From Piromyces finnis finn (taxonomy: Eukaryota > Fungi > Neocallimastigomycota): a DNA stretch of 64,000 nucleotides. This document shows, one piece after another, positions 56,461 through 64,000 of this stretch. The DNA is taken from contig MCFH01000016.1 of NCBI GenBank assembly GCA_002104945.1, positions 310,001-374,000 on the forward strand. Direction: 5' to 3'. The number at the start of each line of letters is the position of its first letter. Position 1 is the first letter of the stretch. The notes below the pieces were generated by a model. It worked only from the letters and a program-made list of their open reading frames with translations, was not told where the DNA came from and searched no databases. The position numbers were made by a program, and so were the translations under genes.

Positions 56461-56879
56461 TTTATTTATTTATTTGTTAATTAAAATAAATAATTATTAA
56501 AATAATTCCTTAAACAATATATTAATTAAATATTAATAAATTGTTTTTTAATGAAAATTTTATAAATTTAATTATTAAAGTTTACTATCTAATTTATGTG
56601 CAATTTTTTTAATAATAAAATTTAATTATATAATAATTCTTTATTGAATAATAATCGAATTACTTAATAACGTTATTAATCGTTGTTGTTGTTGTTGTTT
56701 TAATAATATAATAAAAATAGTATATATTATATTACTTTTTATTGTTGATTTATATTTTAAATATCAATTACTTCTTTTTAAAAAGAAAATATTTTTACTA
56801 TAATAAACTGTTTTAAATAGAAGCATATATATAAAAGTGGTTTCTGGATTTTTTAACCAATAAAATTTAAGTATTATTT

Positions 56880-57110
56880 TCATTGTCACGCTGTGGACTA
56901 GGTGATAAAAATACTATAGTACTATGAAGCAGGATACATCTATTAATAAAGAATCAACCTTTAGCAAAATTAGTCATTAATCTTAAATTTTACCAAGGCT
57001 ATTAAGGAACTTAAATTTTTCCAAATATGTTTAATGAATTTCCTTTATTTATTGAATATAAGGTTAGTGAAGTTGATTTCATGAAATATTATTTTGCTCC
57101 GAAAACTGGT
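56880..57110 (+). pseudogene. Decayed fragment of the PCNA (POL30) C-terminal region
   Basis: Three collinear blocks in shifting frames: MKQDTSINKE..TFS (from 56924), LILNFTKA (about 56976-57000) and MFNEFPLFIEYKVSEVDFMKYYFAPKTG (57027-57110). The recalled fungal PCNA order is LKQNTSVDKE, LTFSLKYLxNFTKA, MSxEVPLLVEYKxxDxGYIRYYLAPKIG. In-frame stops and frameshifts are present. Confidence 0.65.
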
Positions 57111-57697
57111 ATGAATATTTCATTTTATTTATTATTATTATCCCTATTATTTTATTCATTTAATATATATTAGCATATTAGCCATATATTTTTTTTATTT
57201 ATTTATTTATTCATTTATTTATTTGTTACATATATCATTTATTAAAGTGGAAGAGTAAATAAAAAAACATTATAGCAAAAAAAACTATAAAAAAAAAAAA
57301 CTTTAATATTATTTAAAATTTATAAAATAATAAAACTATTCTATTATTTGATAGAATATATAACAATTAAAAAATAATAAAAACGCCTAAAAGAATTCAT
57401 ATAAAATATGTTTTTTTTAATTTGAATTTGAATTTGAATTTGCTGTATTTTATTTTCTTTTTCTCTTTTTTAATTTCATTTATTATGTATATTACTTAAT
57501 TGCTTTTTAATAGATATAAATTTAATACTTTACTTCTTTCTCTATGAATTATGAATTATTAACTAATACTTTTTTATGTTTTCGCTTTCATTTTCTTTTT
57601 TTAAATTATATTTGCTTTCTTTTTGTTGATAAAAATTGTAATATTAATAATTTTTAATAAATTTGTATATATACATTAATATTTAGAGTTAATAAAA

Positions 57698-59706
57698 TCA
57701 TTTTCTAAGTGTTTTTCCCAAATAACTTAAATCCATTCCAGTTGGTGCATAAATATTTTGTAACTGTGGTAAAATTTCAATACGAATTGGTTCATAAGGA
57801 ATAATTTCACCATCTAAATCTAATATTCCGTGATTTAAATCTTTTTTACCATTAGAATATGTTAAACCAACACCAAATTCACCACCTTCACCTGTTTTTG
57901 TATTATCTGGAATAAGAATAAATGCTTTTGTACGCTTTACATGGAAATCATCCTTTCTTTTACCTTTATAGTATGTACCATGAGCATCATCTAACATAAT
58001 GCTATAAACTCTTAAAGTATCAGTATAAATAAGATCAATCATGCCATCTTGTGGATTAGCCTCTGGACCAAATAATGTATCAAAGGAAAGGAATGGGAAG
58101 TTAACAGCAGAAAGTGAAGTGAAATCCATATCTACATGAACCCAATCCTTTTTTAACTTCTTTTCAGTTATTTGATTATCATTAGTATATCTTGCCTTTG
58201 GACCTAATCCGATATGATTTTTATTGTATTTTGATTTTTTTTCAGAATTATTAGTTGATTTCTCATTTTTACTTTCATTCAAATTAATATCTTTATCTAA
58301 TCTTTTTAATATTTTATTTTCTCTTTCAATTTTATTAGCTTCAAAATCACTAACAATTTCATAGCTTGGTTTAACATTTGAATCTTCCGGTAAATAATAA
58401 AGTTGACCATGATATTTATTTACAAATAAAATTCTAATAGCACCAGCTAAATAATATTTATATTTCCCAATAAATCTGAATCTATCTGATTGAATATCAA
58501 CATCAGCCATAATACCCCAAGATAATGAAAGGTGACCAAAGAATACTTTATCACCTTGAGAAGCTCTAATAATATCAAATGGGATGACGTTTCCTTTAAT
58601 AATATTTAATATGGAATGACGGCTAGTTGTGATATCAAAATTTATATTTAAAGCATTTGAAGTACCTTTTTATTATCAATATTTATCATAAATATATATT
58701 TATTGTATTAATTTTAATAAGAAATGCTTCAATATATTTATAAAATTAAATTACCTGAACTAATCATTCCAATTGGCATATATCTAGCTTTTTCCCAATC
58801 ATCTCTTGATAAAATACCATTAAGAAGTTCATGGAAAAGACCATCCCCACTAACAGAAACAATACCATCATAATCATCTAAATTAAGATTATATGCTATT
58901 TCTTCACAATGACATTGATATTGTGTTTCTTTTTTTTAATATATATATATATAATTGTTAAAATCTATTATTGATATAAAGTTTTTTCTAAAAACTGTAT
59001 TTTTTAAATATAAACAAAAATTTATTTATATACCTTCTAATACAGGGGTGATATTTGCTATCTTAAACATTGGAACTACTAATTTATTATACACTTGAAG
59101 TGATTTTTTTCTTCCACTCATAGGATTTAATATACATAATATACGTCTATTTTCCTTTACTGTTATTATATTTTTTTAATATAATATAAATAATATTTAT
59201 AATATAATTAATAATGTTTTCTATTATAACTATAATTTCTGGTTTAAAATAAATATACGAATATTAACATATATAAATATAAAATTTAAATTACTGTTTA
59301 TTTTTTCCTTTAAGGCTTTATAAAAATCAAAAGTTTGTTTAGCATCTTCAAAACTAATTGTATATTCTACATATTTATTAGAAGATTTAATACGATCGCG
59401 CTCTGGAATATCTAAAGTATGAAGGGTTAATGTTGTATACTTTAAATAATCTTCACTTTTGGAATTATTAATTTCATTTACTGTTGGGGTGTCTATTAAG
59501 TATGGAATGTATTCACCAACACTTTTTAATGTATCTTGGCTTCTTAATTCATCTTTAGAATAAGTTAAACCAAAACAGTTATCGTATAAAATATCTATTT
59601 GAAATTGATTCGGAGTTTTGGAATTGATTGTAAGTTGTTTTTGATTTAAATCAATAATAATTGAATTACTTTTTGATGATCTATAATATTGAGCATTATA
59701 CATCAT
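57698..59706 (-). CDS. Sphingoid long-chain base kinase (sphingosine kinase, LCB4/LCB5/SPHK family), multi-exon
   Basis: DAGK catalytic motifs ILNPMSGRKK, SVSGDGLFHELLNG, MISSGTSNAL, SLSWGIMADVDIQSDRFRFIG and LDLDGE. Confidence 0.9.
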
Positions 59707-60808
59707 TCTTTTTCTTTCTTAATTTAATAGTTAATTCTGTTTTAAAAAATATATTTACTCTTAATATCGATAATACTTTCCTTATTACTAAGTACAATGA
59801 TATAAACAAAACGTTTAAAAATTACAAAATATTTTAATAAACTTTTTTATAAATTTCGCATTTTAAATTGTAATACTGTTTTATATACTATGTTATATAT
59901 AAAAAGTTAATTATATCCATATATTAGTAAGTATTTTTATTAAAAATTTTTTCAATATATAATATATATAATATAGATATATAATATAGATAATATTGAT
60001 TTTTATAATTAATATAAATTTTTAAAATGAAATTCTTTTTCTTCCCTAACCTATATTATTTTTTAATAATAAATATTATTGGTTTCCAGTTATTTTAATA
60101 ATCTTAAAATTATTACTGTTTTATTTATTAAAATATTTTGTGGCTTGTAGCTTTAGTTATAGAAATTATAAAAACTTTCAAAAAAATTAATAATTTTGTG
60201 GCTTATTGTATTTTTTGTAAATAAATTATTAATATCATTATCACAATAAAAATTATTAGTGATTAAAGTTTACTTTATAGTTTTATGAAATTATTATAGT
60301 TGTATAAACTCAAATTTAAAATTTATATATATATCTCTTTCTCTTTTTTTTTTTTTTATTATATAACATATATCTATTTATTATATATATTTTTTCAAAA
60401 GTGACTATTTATATTTATAATTTATATAAAAAAATATTATAAACTATTTAAATATTGATATTTAATGAAATATATTTTTTTTTTAATTTAAACAAATAAT
60501 TAACTTTTTTTTTGTGCTAAAAGAAAAATATTAAAAATATGAATAATAATTAATTTTCATAGCCAAAATATTATATTTTCATCATTATATTATAAATACT
60601 ATTAATATTAATAGTATCAAATTACAACAATAACACTCTAGACAAAAATAGAATATTTATCAATAAAATGTAATGTTATTAGTTTTTTTTTTTTTTACAG
60701 CCTTTATATATTATTTTTTAATTTCTTTTAAAATAATAATGAACTAATATATATATTTAATTATATATTGTATTATTCAAATTTTGTAAAGAAGAAAACT
60801 ATGCAAAT

Positions 60809-63800
60809 ATGTTTCTCGATTGGATAAATGAAATAAATTTGCTTCAACATAATCCTGGTATATAATAATCATTTATTTGGTATATAATTTAATATTTATA
60901 TATTAATAGTTATTTTTAATATTTTATCTTTTCATGTTTAAATAAAAAAAAAATAAAAAAAAAAAAAAGAAACCAATATTTTATGTAAATTTCCATACAC
61001 TACAAAGAGAATTCTTATCAATGAAATAACAAATTGTTTTCTCCAGCAAAATCACAAAACAATCAATAATACCCTTAATTCATATATAAATAATGAAACA
61101 GATATTCCAAGTGTTATTTCATCAAATAATCAAAGTTATTTAGCACAACCAAACACATTAACAACAAAAAAATCAAATACAAATTTAAATGTATCTGCAG
61201 CAACATCCCCGATTGTTGAATCAATATCATCATCGTTAGGGAATTCATTAAATAATATTGAATCAAGTGGTGGTAATACTGATAGCAATTCATTTGAACA
61301 TGCTCGTAGTTTAGATAATATTTCATATAATCATAAAACAGATAACCAAGAATATAACAATTCTCTCAATGGAAATATTAATAAACAAGATGGATATTTG
61401 AGTACTGAAAACTATACCGCTAATAATATATTTATTCAATATTCAAATTCAGGAAGAATGTGTGAATCACCATGTACAGAATCATTTATTTCATATCCTA
61501 TTATTGATTTAAATATACCATGGACTTGGCTAACATCTGTACAACATGTTTATTGGGTCATGGAAATTATTGGGCAAGGTTTTTCATTACCACCAACAGA
61601 AGATAATGTAAAAATAATACAAAATGCATGTGCTATCTATACACAATGGTTACTTGATTCAAATGCACGACCATATATTATACAAGTCAAAGAAGGAAAA
61701 TCAATTGAACAAATATTTTGGCAGGTAAATTTTATATAAACTGCAGTTATTTATTATTATGATTTATCCTTTTATTATTTTAGTAATTTTAATATTATCT
61801 CGGTTTATTGTTATTATTATTAATTTTTTATATATTAAAATGTTAAATAACTATAAAAATATATATATTTATTTATATAAATTTAAAGAAAATATTTCAT
61901 CATTTTTCTTTAATATTTCATATTAATGAAAAAACAACTATATATCATCAAGAATTATGTAAGCAAGTCTTATCCGTGATATCTATGGCAGAAAGAACTT
62001 TAAGTAATAAATTTTCAGAAGAAACATGGATTATTCTTTTAAAAGTTTTATTAGGTATATCAGATTATTTATTAAGAGAACCTCTTGGAAAACAAAACTC
62101 TGATATTATTAATAATTCGGTTATGGCTGATAAATTATGTGAAAATGTGATTAGAGTATGTACTAAGGAAATATAATACTTGTTTAAATTTTTAAATTTA
62201 TTTTATTTTTAATTGTATAAAAACAAAAATAATACATTATATAAAGGTATTAATAGAATCATGGTTAAGATCACAAACAAAAAGAACTGACATGTGGGAG
62301 TCATTAAAAGTACATCTTATATAGGATTTGAATTGCTTTTAATTTTTTTAGAATAAACCCAATTTTAATATTTTAATTAATGGTTTATATATTAAATTTA
62401 CACAAAAATATAATTATATATAGAAATATTTTAAAAACTGGACTCACAGAATTGGTGTCATAGAACAATGGAATGCAACTATTTTTGGATTAACACAAAA
62501 AGTAATCAATATTTTATATGGTCCAAAATACGGGAAAAATAATGTTAATATTGTTATGTACGTAAATTAAAGTTAATTTACATATATTTATTTATGGTTA
62601 ATCTGATGTTTAAAAATTAATATATTTTGTATTATTTGTAATGAACTCATAACATATAGAAATGGCAGTATAATTTCACTTGATTTATCATCAGATTTTG
62701 TTATTTATTCATGGGCTCAAATGCTTTGTATATAATATATATTAATTATTAAATAATCAAGGAGATTTTAATAACAAATTATTATCTAATTATTATAGAT
62801 ATTGTTGGTGATGTTACAAGTTTAAGTCCAAATAATTTCAATAGTTTTTTAACTGTAGGATAGATATAACTTTTAAATAAAATATAATAATATATTAATT
62901 TATTATTTTGTTTTAATTAACTTAGGGAATATCTAACATCGTTGATTTATTCCATACAATTGATAACATATGCGAAGATGAAGAAGTAGAGAACTTAATA
63001 AATAATATAATTATATTAATATATTAAAGGTTTAAAACAGTAATACATTTTGTTAACTATATTTTTCTTTATTAAATAAATAAAAAATTAAAGATGAATA
63101 GTAGTTCACCAGATGGAAATACTTTACTTAATTTATTTAGTAATTATCTATTTAATGCAATATCAATACAAAAAGAAAATAAAGAGTATGTATAATAAGA
63201 TATTATTAAATATTTAAAAACATATTACCCTTACTACATATAAATATTTAATCTTAACCATATTAAAATAAAAAAAAGGTATAATAAGGGAATGTCAATA
63301 GCTTACAGTATACTCTGTAAAATTATTTTTAAACCACAAAAAAGACTTCCAATTAATCAAATATATTTAGATAGAAGTTATACACTTATTTCACAGGTAT
63401 TCATTTATTATATATTTATTACATTTATTTTTTTATTAATATTTAAAAATATTGTTTGAATTCCTTTTAAAAAAGGGGTTGAATTCGGATTTTTTATCAG
63501 TAACATCAATAATAAAGAATAGTAGAACATTATTCCAACAAGATCTAAAAGGAAGTAGATTATTATTCCCTGATTATATTCATTCATTATTTAAACTATT
63601 GCCAAAAATATTTGCGAATAATTTGGTAAATAATACGAAAAGTCTATATATTTTAGTTTTTTAACATACTTGAAATAAATCATTTATTAATTTAAAATTA
63701 TCATAATAAAGATAAAGAATGAAATAAAAAACGTAGATGAAGATTTTGATTATTTAAGATTATCATGCTATGTTATACTATCAAATATATATTCATATCC

Positions 63801-64000
63801 AAATCACTTCTTCGAAATTCCTATTAGAAATGAATTACAAAATAATGATATATTGAATGGAAAACAAATTTTTATGTTAGAAAAAACTCATAATGAGGTA
63901 ACATTTATCTATTCTATTCAATATATTTAAAAAGTTACTTCTTATTATTATATATACTCACACAAAAAATATTACATATAAAAAGTGTTTTAAATTGTAT
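60809..64000 (+). CDS. RALGAPB: Ral GTPase-activating protein subunit beta-like, partial (runs off the window end)
   Basis: MFLDW..., LCKFPYTTKRIL, TSVQHVYWVMEIIGQGFSLP...ACAIYTQWLL and FSEETWIILLKVLLGISDYLL resemble the recalled RALGAPB N-terminus (MYSEW, KEVKWTMEVICYGLTLP...VDVYTDW, ETWEVLLLFLLQINDILL). Many GT-AG introns. Confidence 0.75.

Overview
Extremely AT-rich, intron-rich eukaryotic DNA (short GT-AG introns, long poly-A/T tracts, ATT/AAT microsatellites). The gene content mixes fungal-type genes (Ima1, SLA2, CE4 deacetylase) with genes I associate with flagellated or early-diverging lineages (LRRC43-like, ADCY10-like adenylyl cyclase, FRMD8-like FERM, RalGAP-beta). This points to an early-diverging zoosporic fungus, most plausibly an anaerobic gut fungus (Neocallimastigomycota); that assignment is inference. 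I assembled about 19 protein-coding genes by eye from exons: partial unknown, Ima1, RRP3, CE4 deacetylase, a KLxxFFG-repeat protein, an HTH-like plus prion-like protein, LRRC43-like, WD40-like, F-box/LRR, U2SURP, an SP-rich protein, SND2/TMEM208, SLA2, HOP2, UBA4, soluble adenylyl cyclase, FRMD8-like, sphingosine kinase and partial RALGAPB. I saw no rRNA, tRNA, CRISPR array or transposase. The most unusual observations are: (1) a spliced gene whose N-terminal domain resembles a cyanobacterial/phage HTH-type family, fused to a roughly 560-aa N/S/Q/Y-rich tail; (2) a decayed PCNA C-terminal fragment in intergenic DNA; (3) a protein with six KLxxFFG motifs; (4) a soluble adenylyl cyclase with a Walker A Lys-to-Leu change and no bicarbonate-site Arg; (5) a Uba4 with an atypical rhodanese loop. 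All family assignments are from remembered motifs, with no database search.
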